From Felis catus (taxonomy: Eukaryota): 60,000 nt of DNA. The notes below the pieces were generated by a model, which saw only the letters and a program-made list of their open reading frames with translations, was not told where the DNA came from and ran no database searches. Position 1 is the first letter of the stretch, and the number at the start of each line of letters is the position of its first letter. Both the position numbers and the translations under genes were made by a program. The stretch lies in assembly GCF_018350175.1 (NCBI RefSeq), contig NC_058383.1:12588001-12648000 (forward strand), read 5' to 3'. This document shows, piece by piece, positions 49,180-60,000 of the stretch.

Positions 49180-49880
49180 TCCTTTATGTTTCCACAGATA
49201 AATATGTCAAGATCAGCCTGATACACTTGTTTTTGGATGCATGAATATTTCCCTTTTATTTCACATAAATACGGTATATACAAAGCAAGCTATACACATT
49301 CCTCTCGATTTGATCTTTCACTTAAAAACATATCTTGAAGGGGCACCTGAGTGGTGTCTGACTTTGGCTCAGGTCATGATCTCACGGCTTGGGAGTTCGA
49401 GCCCCACGTCAGGCTCTGTGCTGACAGCTCAGAGCCTGGAGCCTGCTTCGGATTCTGTGTCTCCCTCTCTCTGCCCCTCACCCGCTCACACTCTCCCTCT
49501 CTCTCTCTCTCAAAAATAAATAAAAAATATTAAAATAAAAATAATTTTTAAAAACATACCTTGAAGATGACATCATAGCGGGATAGATATGGTGAATACT
49601 TGATTTTGCATATAAGCAAGCATGACTACGTTTCTAGAAGTAAAATATGCACCTGGGATTTTGATAGACATTACTAAATTGTTCCCCATAAACATCCCAA
49701 TTTACTCTCCCCCACCCCCAGTGCCCCGCTGTCTAGTACCCTTCCTAACCCAACATGCTATCAAACTCTGGATTGTGGCCCAACCAGCACGTAAAAGGCG
49801 TTAGTTCATTTTTGTTTTCATCTGCATTTTTATTGTGAGTCCAGAATATGCTTGCACAGGATTAAAGAACCATTTTGCTA
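49180..49880 (-). mobile_element. Old L1 (L1ME-like) fragment interrupted by a SINE
   Basis: TTTTGATAGACATTACTAAATTG...CCAATTTACTCTCCC...CATTTTTGTTTTCATCTGCATTT. Confidence 0.6.
49340..49547 (+). mobile_element. Can-SINE lacking most of the A box
   Basis: GGGGCACCTGAGTGG joined directly to TGTCTGACTTTGG; TSD TTAAAAACATA(T/C)CTTGAA (49322-49339, 49548-49565). Confidence 0.95.
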
Positions 49881-50129
49881 AAAGCCTGTTTATTACTACC
49901 ACACGCAATCTCTTTAAGAGACAAGGACTTGTAGTCCAGGAGAAAAAGGAGTCCAGCACGCTCCAGGAGAAAAAAATAAAAAAGGACAACAGTGTGCAGT
50001 ACAAATGTGTTCTCAGCCACAACTGTGAAGCAATTGACTACGCTTTCCACCTATAACCTGAGCATTCAAAAGCTGCTTTCTGAGACTACGGCAGAGAAAT
50101 CACAGAGGGGACAGAAACCAACACGCAAG

Positions 50130-50285
50130 GGCTTGCTATACGCCAGGTCCCAAGCTCTATAGACACTCTCATTTAATCCTCCTAACATTTTTAATCCATG
50201 AGGCTTGGAGAGGTTAAGTACGTGCTCAAACTCACATAGATTATGAATGGCAGAGAAAGGACAGAAGCCAGGTCCTAAAGCCAGC
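50130..50285 (-). mobile_element. MIR
   Basis: TCTCATTTAATCCTCCTAAC...TGAGGCTTGGAGAGGTTAAGTA. Confidence 0.78.
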
Positions 50286-51475
50286 ACCCATTTTTGGTGC
50301 GTAACACCACACCACCTTTTGCTCCGCTAGGGTGTTTGAAGGGCCTGCCTTCTGAGATTCACAGGCTAAGAGGCCATCTTTTGGCTTTCATCATGACCTT
50401 CTACGCAGAAGTGTACTAGGGTAGTGCCTATCTCTGGAGCCCAGACGTAGACCTCGATAAGATTTCTCATGCTCCCAGCCTCCCGTGAGACTGACCTGTC
50501 ACTTGAGACTCGACACTGAATTAAGTTGCTGAATTACTGAACATACCCAATTATTAGTACCAGGAATCATTCAGAGATTTAAATATTATTTAAAAGACCC
50601 CCCAAAATGGCTGGGAGTTGGTCTATGCGTTGCAGAACTGCGCCATTTAAAGCCGGTGAGGTAGCCCAGGTGATTTCTCAGCGGCATGCTGGTGAGTCAC
50701 GCTGGGAAGGAACACAACAGAACCCCACAGCAGTGCCTTGAGAGAACCACATCTGACAACTGCAACCTCCAAACAAGAATTCCAGCCCTTGGTGTCTCCC
50801 GACCTCTCATCAGAGTCCCTAACCATCCGATGCAGAACAACCGAAGGACAGCGTCTTCCTCGGATGCGGGGGAGTAGCTAGAGATTAGTTCAGGCAAAGC
50901 AATCCCTTCCCACGTAAGGGGTAAAGAGCCCATCAGAGGAAATGTTGCTCCGAGATTTCAAAACATCCACAACGTGTGCTTCCCAGCAACCTGCCCACAC
51001 GTGTGATGCTCCCAATGGGGGACGACGCAGGGTGTGGTCTGGGGATGATGCACTGCTGGGCCACCAAGACGAGATAATTATGGAAATTGGGAAATAAGCA
51101 TTTAGGAACTTTTCTAGCAATTTGGCAGAGTAATTTTATGTCTGTGGAATCTAATAATAAAAAAAATTGGGGCTTGCAAAAAAATTTTATTGAAGCCATT
51201 AAAATGAAGAAGTGTTTTGACATGTGACAAGTGCTCATACGACAGGGTCGCAATTACTCAGGATAAGGAAGCCCACGTGCGCTCTAGCACATAACGAAGG
51301 GTTTCCAGGGTCCCCTTTGTGGGGAGGGCCGCATGGGGCATGGTGCCTGCGTGCTGGATCGGTAGAACCACAAGTCCACCACTGCAGGGCTTTGGCCAAA
51401 GTTGAAACTACCCCCAAGACTACCGTCACACAACTGTTGCAAATGGAAGTTGTGTTTAACATTTGCAAAGTGGTA

Positions 51476-51720
51476 GTGGCACCTGGGTGGCTCAGTCGGT
51501 TGAGCGTCCGACTTCTGCTCAGGTCATGATCTTGCGGATCATGAGTTCGAGCCCCACATAAGGCTCTGTGCCGACAGCTCGGAGCCTGGAACCTGCTTCG
51601 GATTCTGTGTCTCCCTGTCTCTCTCTGCCCCTCCCCCGTTCACACTCTGTCTCTCTCTCTCTCTCTCTCTCAAAAATAAAATAAAAACATTGAAAAAATT
51701 TTTTAAAAAAAGAAAGAACT
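51476..51720 (+). mobile_element. Can-SINE (first of tandem pair)
   Basis: Full body, (CT)n, tail. Confidence 0.95.
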
Positions 51721-51747
51721 GATTTTGTATTTTAAAAAAGAAGAATT

Positions 51748-51934
51748 GGGGTGCCTGGGTGGCTCAGCAGGTTAAGTGTTTGACTCTTAGTTTGGGCTCG
51801 AGTCATGATCTCACAGTTTATGAGTTCGAGCCCCGCATCAGGCTCTGTGCTGACAGCTTGGAGCCTGAAGCCTGCTTCAGATTCTGTGTCTCCCTCTCTC
51901 TCTGCCCCTCCCCCACTCATGCACGCACACGCAT

Positions 51935-51973
<39 letters not shown>

Positions 51974-51996
51974 AATAAATAAACATGAAAAACAAG
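51748..51996 (+). mobile_element. Can-SINE (second of tandem pair)
   Basis: Full body, (CT)n, tail. Confidence 0.95.
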
Positions 51997-52159
51997 TTTA
52001 AAATGTGCCAAGTGGCTTCTTTGGAGAGAAACTTCCATTTGCCATTTCAAGAGAGGTCAGAGACAAGACCTCCGAGAAAATAATTGAGGAGTTATGTCAC
52101 ATACTCCAGAAATCCGTATCGAAGACATGGGGATAGCCAAATTCCAGAGAGCTGTCAAG

Positions 52160-52566
52160 AATTCCCGAAGGATGTGCTAAGTGAAGGAAGCCAGACACAA
52201 AAGGATAACTATGTGTGATTCCACTCAGAGGGGGTACTTAGACTAGGTAAATGCATAGAGACAGAGTAGAAGAGTGGATCCAGGAGCTGGCGGGGAGAGG
52301 TAGGTGGGGAGTTAATGTTTAATGGCTACAGACTTTCTGTTTGGGACCATGAAAAACTTCTGGAAATGGATAGTGGTGATGGTTGCATAACATTGCGCAT
52401 GTACTCAATCCCACAAAACTGTACACTCAAAAACGGTTAAAATGGCACCTAACCCTACTATAGCACTGTATGTTACCTATACCGAAATTAAAATGAAAGC
52501 TGGCTAAAATTTTACAGATGGTTCCAATTGTAAATGTTGTGTACATTTGACCACAATACATAAATA
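52160..52566 (+). mobile_element. L1MB-like 3' end
   Basis: GCTAAGTGAAGGAAGCCAGACACAAAAGG, GTTTAATGGCTACAGA, TTCTGGAAATGGATAGTGGTGATGGTTGCA, CTGTACACTCAAAAACGGTTAAAATGG. Confidence 0.9.
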
Positions 52567-53229
52567 AGAACTCCCAATGGGCCGTCTGAGTGCTAATTGC
52601 TTATTTCAAACAAAAACAGAACAGCTTCCAATAAAGCAGCCTCTCTCTGAGGCCTGAGTGAACACCAAAAATTAATTAATTAGTTAATTCAAGTACAGAG
52701 TTTGTCCCATTTGGGTCTGGTTATTCCACTTGTAAACCAGAAAAATACCTTTTGCTCCCCGTGAGAGACTCAGGAGTAAAACAAACAAACAAACAAAAAC
52801 AAAAAAACAAAACAAAAAAACCCACCTTATTTAAAAATGCAGTCAAGAATTCTGCCAGGATTAAAACCCCCCTGTGATTCTCTGCATCAATAGACACTCT
52901 TAATTTATCCCATCTTATTGAAATTGCCCCCACTCCCATGCAAAATCTGTCTCCTTACCTACGACCTGAGCTGATTCGACTAATCAGATTTGCTGGGTCG
53001 GACCACCAGCCTTCATGTGTAAACCTGCAAATGCTCTACGTAGTTCAGGAGGGTATCATTCCATAAGGCATAGTCTATTCTTCATTTAAGATCTATACGA
53101 GTCTCCAAACCAGCTCTCAACAAACTATACTCCATAAATTTTAATGGTTTTATATTCTCTCAGGACCCTTACATCTTTCTCCATCCTTCTGAATCACGAT
53201 TAGCCTAGATGTTCTCCAACGTATCCATT

Positions 53230-53600
53230 CGGCAGCCTCTCCTTGTGTCTGTAGCTTCTCGCTTGGCAATCCCATCCACCCTCTCAAGTTGAGTAAACGC
53301 CGTCTTTCTCACTATGAGTCTGAGCTGTTTCTCCCCAGCCTCAGGTCTCCATGTTGATTTCCTACTGAACAACTCCACAGTGGTGTCCCACAATCGCTTC
53401 AAACTTGGCGTGATCGAACACTTATCACCTTACCTCCCAAACCTGATCCTATTCCTGTGTTAGGCAGGCGTTTCTACAAATGACACCACCTCCATCCTCC
53501 CAGTGACCCAAGCGTGAAACCTTCCTGGACTTCGGTGAGATCCCTCGAAGTTATCCCCCGCCTTCTGGTTTTCTTCCCCTCAACCGATCTGACACATTCC
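53230..53600 (+). mobile_element. L2 fragment
   Basis: CCTACTGAACAACTCCAC..GGTGTCCCA...CTTCAAACT...CCTCCCAAACCTG...AATGACACCACC...CCCAGTGACCCAAGC. Confidence 0.65.
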
Positions 53601-53912
53601 CTGACTAAACTACTCCTCAGCCCCTCTGAGGTGTCAGAAACCAGACCAATAGTTGATCATTCTCTGCAAAGACTAGAAAGTTCCAAGGACCTCAGGTCAC
53701 ACAAACCAGAGGTCAGGGAAAGCACAGGTACGGAGAGCTAGAATTGTCCTGGGATTTGATCATGGGCACCCAGAAGCTGGAGATGCCCCACCAAACTGCT
53801 AAGCCTAAAGACATTACCCCTAATATTTACAGGGGCAGCAGCAATTATAATATATCCTCCCAGCCTATAAGATGGAGGTCAGCACCACTGTCAGAAAATG
53901 TTGGGTGAGTGA

Positions 53913-54040
53913 GGGACACGTGGGTGGTTCAGTCGGTTGAGCATCCGACTCTCGATCTCAGCTCAGGTCTTGATCTCAGGGTCCTGAGTTCAAGCCCTGC
54001 ATTGGGCTCCACGCTGGGCATGAAGCTTACTTTTTAAAAA
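53913..54040 (+). mobile_element. Short old Can-SINE (SINEC_old-like)
   Basis: ~125-bp element ending GGGCTCCACGCTGGGCATGAAGCTTACTT plus A run, no CT tract. Confidence 0.88.
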
Positions 54041-54053
54041 AAATGCTAGATGG

Positions 54054-54270
54054 GGGGTGCCTGTGTGGCTCCATCGGTTGAGCATCCAACTTCGGCTCAG
54101 GTCATGATCTTACAGTTCGTGAGTTCGAGCCCCACATCAGGCTCTGTGCTGACAGCTCAGGGCCTGGAGCCTGCTTCAGATTCTGTGTCTCCCTCTCTCT
54201 CTGCCCCTCCCCCACTCATGCTCTGTGTCTCTCTATCAAAAATATTTTTAAATTTTTTTTTAGTTTTAAC
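54054..54270 (+). mobile_element. Can-SINE
   Basis: TSD AATGCTAGATG (54042-54052, 54271-54281). Confidence 0.96.
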
Positions 54271-54319
54271 AATGCTAGATGAGTTGGAGACTGTGCAGGA
54301 TAGGACGGGGGAAGCTAGT

Positions 54320-54860
54320 CAATCTCTCATCATGTATTGAGCATCATTTATGCACCAAGCACTGTACTAGGGAGCTAGAGACACGGAGAAGCAAGCCACG
54401 TGACACGGAGAAGCAAGCCACGTCGGAATTCCCAGTCCAAAGAGAAGACACAAAATTGTAACACAGGGTGATCCTGTTTTGCTACAGATAGTTGCAGGAC
54501 ATCAGAGAACAGAGAGAAGAGTCCCCAGTACTGTCGGGAGCTTGGGTGCAGGGCTACAGATTATGGAAGCCTTCACAGAGGCTGCTACCTCTGAAGTTTG
54601 AGCTGGCATTTCCAGGACAAGGAAAGATCACTGTAAAGGAGAAGAGCCCTCCAGGAAAAAGAACCACGAGTGCAGAGTGAGGACAGGAGAGCACATGGGC
54701 TCTGAGGAAATAGCTAGCGTTATGGCATGGCCATGAAGGGCGGTGGTGGAAAATGATGCTAGAGAAACATCCAGGTCCAGGATCACACAGATTTTTGTGC
54801 TATAAGCTAACCTGGACCCTTGACCTTCTCCCGGGACCGAGAAGCAAGGATCACAAATCA
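54320..54860 (-). mobile_element. L2 3' fragment
   Basis: ATGTATTGAGCATCATTTATGCACCAAGCACTGTACTAGG...GGAAGCCTTCACAGAGG...GGATCACACAG. Confidence 0.7.
54380..54423 (+). repeat. Perfect 22-bp tandem duplication
   Basis: GACACGGAGAAGCAAGCCACGT x2. Confidence 0.98.
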
Positions 54861-55519
54861 CAATTAGCCCTGAGAGTACGAACTCACATGTACCTCATCT
54901 GTCAACTCTTCTTGTTTCGAAACCCAGGAAAGGAGTTACAATGGGAAGCAACAATTTGCCCAGGGCGTTCTGATGATCCTCGCGTATTACACTCGCTCGT
55001 ACAATAAAAATCCCACATGCAGAGTCTCTGCTAAGAGCTAAGGCTGACCGTGGAAAATAGATTCGGTGACGTGAGGGGAGTGAGGATAAGGTAAAGCCCC
55101 TGGTCCAGGGCACTCCTCTTGAAAGCAAGCCTGAAGGAAGCAATCGGCATTTGCAGAAAGAATAGATTGCACACAGACTTAATGAGGAAAAATAAACACC
55201 TTTCAAAGGCAAGCGAACACTCCCTCTAAGTCATTCCGAGCCAAATGTGCCAAACCCCAGAATGTGCTAGCAGCACTTACGGTCCTAATATCCCAACAGC
55301 CGTAAGATAAACAATTAGCCTTCGTCATAATCAAGAACAAATGGTCAAACACAAGCACACAACCTCTCATCTGAACGTTTTAAAGGGTCGCTTTGTTCTT
55401 TTCGGCTTATGTGTTTGTTGCAGGGGCAGCAAAGGGAATTCTCAGCACGGTGAAGTTTTGCTGATGCAAGGAGCTTAGGTTGATTAAATAGAGACCATGG
55501 GGTACAATCAAGCGTCAAC

Positions 55520-55660
55520 TTTAGACCTGGATGGAGCAAGATTTGAATGACAGCTCACTCACTTAGTAAATATGACTTTGAACCGATTTCTTTGCGTCTG
55601 TGAATTTCTCTAAATTGTGTGGCACAGCGCCAGGCACAAAGTAGACGCTCAGATAGTCAC
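55520..55660 (+). mobile_element. MIR remnant
   Basis: GATTTGAAT..CAGCTC..CACTTAGTA..TATGACTTTG...GCACAGCGCCAGGCACAAAGTAGACGCTCA. Confidence 0.65.
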
Positions 55661-55696
55661 GGGTTCCATTCCCACCTGTCACGCTCACGTGAGAGA

Positions 55697-56114
55697 GTGT
55701 TGGCAAAGACAGCCATAGCGATTCCCCTTGCTGTATCTATGTCCCTTCCCACACTGGCTTTGGGCTTGCCAAGTGGCTTGTTTTGACCAACGACACGGAG
55801 GAAATGGGGCATCTTGAAGCAGACACCTGAAAAGTGTGCACTGGAGCCTTTTCCTCTTTTGTTCCTCTTGGGAATCTTTAAATCACCACCGTGCAGACAA
55901 GCCTGGGCTAGCCTGCGGGATGAGGAGAGACATGCAGCCAGAGCATCTTAGTAGCCCAGCTGACACGGAGCCGACCGCCAGACCTGTAAGGTTGGCCATC
56001 ATAGAACAGCCAGCCGGCCCATTCTAAGAACCACCCCGCCAAACCACTAATCATAAGAAACAACAAATGCTAATTTTGGAATGGGTTGTTACGCAGCAAA
56101 AGCTGACAAATACA
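55697..56114 (+). mobile_element. MaLR LTR (MLT1G/H-like)
   Basis: GTGGCTTGTTTTGACCAA, ACAAGCCTGGGCTAGCCTG, 3' TTTTGGAATGGGTTGTTACGCAGCAAAAGCTGACAAATACA. Confidence 0.85.
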
Positions 56115-56269
56115 CTCCTTAAGTGTTCAGAGCCCCCTAGTTTGTGGTCTCAGGTCTCTCCATACTCACCGTTGGACATCAATACATCAACATAAAAATG
56201 ATGTATCTCAAGACCGTAGCCCCAGAAAGGTCTCTCTTGCCTATATACATTTCACCCCTACATCTTTTA

Positions 56270-57197
56270 AGGACCTCAAGTCCAGGGCTAGCACTAAACT
56301 CACTGTATTCCCCAACAAAATAAAATAAAATGTTTCTCTTCGGCTCCGTCCTCAATATGTAAAACATGAAGATTGCTCTCCACTATTCCTCCTTCACATC
56401 TTTTACACCCAATCGGTCACCAGGTCCTGTCAGTGCAACCTCTTAAACACCGACTGGCTCCTTCCCTCTTCCTTCTCCCTATTATTTCTACCCCATGAAA
56501 ATCTCTTACCTTGGTTCACCAAACTATTGCAATAACCCCTCAGCAATTTCCTGCCTTCAGAATGTTCCGCCACCGATGTCACTTCCATGAACTCCCCTGC
56601 TGGAAGCTCTTTCACATGTCCCCACTGTGTATGGGATGATGCCCAAACGCCTTAACCTATCACATATGTCTTGCCCAAACTGGCCCCTCCACTGCCACTT
56701 CCACCTCCTGTCATATCCCGTGACACTTCAAGTTCCCCAGGGAGCCCCAGGGAGGCCTTTGCACCTGTTGTTTGCAGAGACATGGCACGTCAGTCCTCCC
56801 TGTCCTCTTTTTGAATTTCTACTCATCATCAGATTCAACTCAGAAGTCACATCTGGTGTATAAAGCCCCCTCTCATCCTTATCCCCAAAGAAATCAACCT
56901 CCTCCTCTTCCAGACTATCACTGGGCTTTGTACATTCCTTGAACGTTGGCTATTACCACACTATATTTTAGCGAACTCTTAATAGTTCTCTACTCCCCGA
57001 GTCTCCAAACCTTTCCACGACCCTCCTTATTGCAGCATGGGGAACAGGATCCAGTAGACAATGAGCAATCCCCAGGGCACCTGGGTGACTCTGTCAATCG
57101 AGCTTCTGACTCTTGATTTTGGCTCAGGTCATGATCCCAGCATCGTGGGATCAAGCCCCACACCAGTCTCCACACTGAGCATAGAGTCTCTTTAAGA

Positions 57198-57244
<47 letters not shown>

Positions 57245-57353
57245 CCTCTGCCCCTACCCCACTCACGTGCAGTCTCTCTCTCTAAAATATAAATAAGTAA
57301 ATAAGTAAATAAATAAATAAGAGCATTCCCCCAGAAGTTCATCTGATGAATGA
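56270..57353 (+). mobile_element. L2 fragments interrupted by a SINE
   Basis: ACTATTGCAATAACCCCTCAGC, GCCTTTGCACCTGTTGTT, CATCAGATTCAACTCAGAAGTCAC, tail GATGAATGAA. Confidence 0.65.
57075..57320 (+). mobile_element. Can-SINE (older) with long (CT)n
   Basis: TSD GAGCA(A/T)TCCCC. Confidence 0.93.
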
Positions 57354-57822
57354 AATTTTAGCACCCTTCCCTTCTCTCTTTTCATGGGTCTGTCACTAAC
57401 AACTTCCAAATGCAAATGTGCTCATCTTACAAAGTTTTGAACAAAACTGTTAACACAAAAATAAAATGTCCCAGGATCCTCGGATTTAAGATTGCTTTTG
57501 CTATTCGTAGTTCCCAGTGAATTAGATGATGCAACCTCGTTCTGGAAGGCCATGTACGGCTCTGGCCCAAAGGAAGGGGTTCTAAGAATCAGGAATCTGA
57601 TGACTTTCATAGCAATCCTACATTCTGATCAAAGAGAGGAGTGAGAGACATGAAGGTGAGCCGTGGTTTTGGAAACTACCGTAAAACTCTGGAGGCACCA
57701 CATGAAATATGTCAAATCCCTTCCCCACTGGGGTGATGTCCTGGCACGAGCACGGACATCATATTCTAGAGGGTTGAATTTCCTCTAGAATTAAGATCCA
57801 TAATTCTACGGGCCTGAGTCTA

Positions 57823-57998
57823 TGGCAATGATTCCTAAGCCTGCCTGTGGATCAATGTCACTCGGAAAGCCACTGTTTCCCAGGCTCTCTCCTCAGGGAT
57901 TGTGATTCCACCAAGTTGAAGAGAAGTCTGGGAGTTTCGTCGTTTTCAAAAACCCCAACAGGTGATTCTGATACAGAGCCCCATTTCAGAGCTGGGCC
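57823..57998 (+). mobile_element. MER5-family DNA transposon (MER5B-like)
   Basis: CAATGATTCCTAAGCCTG...GATTGTGATTC...TTTTCAAAAACCCC..CAGGTGATTCTGATACA. Confidence 0.65.
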
Positions 57999-58405
57999 AC
58001 CGTATAGAAACTTGACCCGCTATCATTTTTTAGCTATGTCTACCCACTACAGAGCAGTGTTTTCCAGCGGGAATAGGTCTCTAATTTCATAATAACGGTT
58101 AAAGGAAATGTAGGATTCACTTTACATAAAGTCACCTCAGGGGCACTCTCCTGGAACACATCTATTGCCCAAATGTGGAAATGACCTGTAGAGTTTTGTA
58201 TTTCAATATCTGTATTATCACCACGTTAAGCATGCGGTTTGGTATAATCTTGGGCAAAACACTTTCCATATAAACGTACCTAAGTTTTTTTCCATAAAAA
58301 TCAGTGAAACAATCATTATTTCATGTTTAATATTTACAGCCACTGCCCAGGGACATATCTACACTGCAGAGTAAGAGAAATGTCTGTGGCAGGATAAAAA
58401 GGTAC

Positions 58406-58607
58406 CGCCTGGGTGGCTCAGTCGGTTAAGCTCCTGACTTCGGCTCAGGTCATGATCTCACAGTTCGTGAGTTCCAGCCCCGCATCAGGCTCTGTGCTGA
58501 CAGCTCTGAGCCCGGAGCCTGCTTCAGGTTCTGTGTCTCCCTCTCTCTCTGCCTGTCTCCCACTCTGTCTCTCTCTCTCTCTCAAAAATAAATAAACATT
58601 AAAAAAA
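58406..58607 (+). mobile_element. Can-SINE, slightly 5'-truncated
   Basis: Body from CGCCTGGGTGGCTCAG to A-tail. Confidence 0.95.
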
Positions 58608-58634
58608 TGTGTACCATCCACACATAGATAGACA

Positions 58635-59157
58635 CTGGTTGCCTACCCACCCTCAGTGTTATTCTTGCCAGCAGGACCTATCGAATTCCAGGCAATGAAT
58701 CATCACGAGTCCAAGTTAATTGCGGACAATTCTATTTCCCTTGGCAAGACGCTAACTTTGGCAGTCCTTCTTGCAGCTAGGGATAGCCTGTGATCTAGCA
58801 CTGCACGCTGAGATTGGCAAGCCACCTGTTGATGGGCTTCTGGGAAATAGTTTTTTCCCTCCTTGATAAAGGGAGGATCCTTTTTTGTCACCCAGACCCA
58901 TGCTTCCCTTCTTGAATGTAAAGGACTACAGCATGCTGACCGTGATGTGTTAAGTGCAAGGCCCAAATGCAAATGCCCATAACCAGAGATGACGAGAAAG
59001 AGCCTAAGATCTTAACGGCATTAGAGAGTCATTGCTCCAACCACAGAACGAACAGCAGACCTCTTATTAGGAGAGACAAGTAAGTATCTGTATTGTTAAA
59101 ACCACTGTGAGCCTTGATTTCCAGTACCTGCAGCCAAAAATACACCCTAACTGAATC
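58635..59157 (+). mobile_element. MaLR LTR (MLT1J-like)
   Basis: CTTCTTGCAGCTAGGG, GGGCTTCTGGGAAA, 3' TTGTTAAAACCACTG...TACCTGCAGCCAAAAATACACCCTAACTGA. Confidence 0.8.
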
Positions 59158-60000
59158 AATTTCTGGTCAAGGTTAAGTATAATCTGCAGGAGGCAAGTAG
59201 GCATGCTGGGGGTCAGAGTCTCGTGCCATAGACTGGAGAAATAGCCCCAAGGAAGAAGTATTTCAATAGCTGCTCCAAGGATATGCAGCAGACAGGAGGA
59301 AGGGAGTACAGGCATTAACAGCTTTCCCGGAGAAGGTTTGAAAATAAGAGAAAGAAATAAAGAGGTTTCAAGTTTATCATTTGACATTCTAGTAGGGTTG
59401 TCTTTACAAGGGAAATGGATAAGACTTTTTTCCCCCCAAAGATCTAAGTCAAAAACTTACAGGGGTCACCGAAACCTTCTTCACACATTCAACTACTTTT
59501 AATTCTCACTCCCCACCTTGAAGGCTCTGTCTGTGATCCTGTGTCCTGCCCAGGGGCACCACCCGAGAGGTCATATGACCATTTCAGGTCACATGAACTC
59601 CCTCTGGCCCTCGCCCTGGCTCTTGGTCAAAGGCTCTGGGTCCCTTTGGCCCTGGTGGTGGTCACTACGAGCAAGCTTATCGAGTCCCCCCTGGCTTCTG
59701 AAAGCCATGCCAGCAGGAGATTCTCACATCTGGAACTGGTTTCTGGAAAAACATCAAGAAATGCAACACACACTCTATCTCCTCTCTCTCTGGTTCTCAT
59801 TCTCCCTGTAACACTTAAGGAAATTAAAAAGAACCTCTTGGTATATAACACATTGGCACATCAAAGTCCCCCAAGGAAAATATTTGAATTTCTTCCATCT
59901 ATTTTCCTCGCCCGTTCTTTATGCCTCTCAATGAGAAGAAAGGTAGAGCTTACATTTTATGTCAACACAAAAGGCCTCCGTTTGTGTGCATTACTTATTA

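Noticed and set aside
58054..58347. CAGTG...CACTG-bounded AT-rich segment resembling a hAT-Charlie MITE
   Set aside because: Terminal match too short and internal sequence not recognised
398..58595. Recurring ORF peptides (GQRETEHERGRGRERGRHR, SVKRPTSAQVMISR, GWRSRLSVRLQPGHDL) resembling a multi-copy gene family or array
   Set aside because: All are frames of Can-SINE copies with TSDs and A-tails; not coding genes and not a CRISPR-like array
372..58607. tRNA-like A and B boxes (TGGCTCAGTCGG, GTTCGAGCCC)
   Set aside because: tRNA-derived SINE heads; no complete cloverleaf, so no tRNA genes called

Overview
Mammalian nuclear DNA, almost certainly from a felid: about 36 carnivore tRNA-derived Can-SINEs (including a young feline SINEC_Fc-type subfamily with intact target-site duplications) sit on a background of old eutherian repeats (L1M, L2, L3/CR1, MIR, MLT1/MLT2 LTRs, Tigger2, MER33, MER5). 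I found no supportable protein-coding exon, CpG-island promoter or functional RNA gene; the window reads as intronic or intergenic, and the recurrent ORFs in the track are SINE reading frames. I cannot identify the locus and I do not see a convincing new biological system. Most worth following up: (1) a 3.6-kb repeat-poor block (~13.3-16.95 kb) dense in TALE/homeodomain motifs, likely conserved enhancers; (2) an unassigned ~190-bp palindrome in that block with symmetric AAAGGTCA and CCAAT motifs; (3) a tailless, 3'-truncated 5S rRNA retropseudogene whose flanking repeat overlaps the truncation point; (4) three closely spaced inverted SINE pairs and several nested or dimeric insertions; (5) a 22-bp tandem duplication that creates an E-box. 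Repeat subfamily names come from recalled consensus features, not a search, and boundaries of old elements are approximate.
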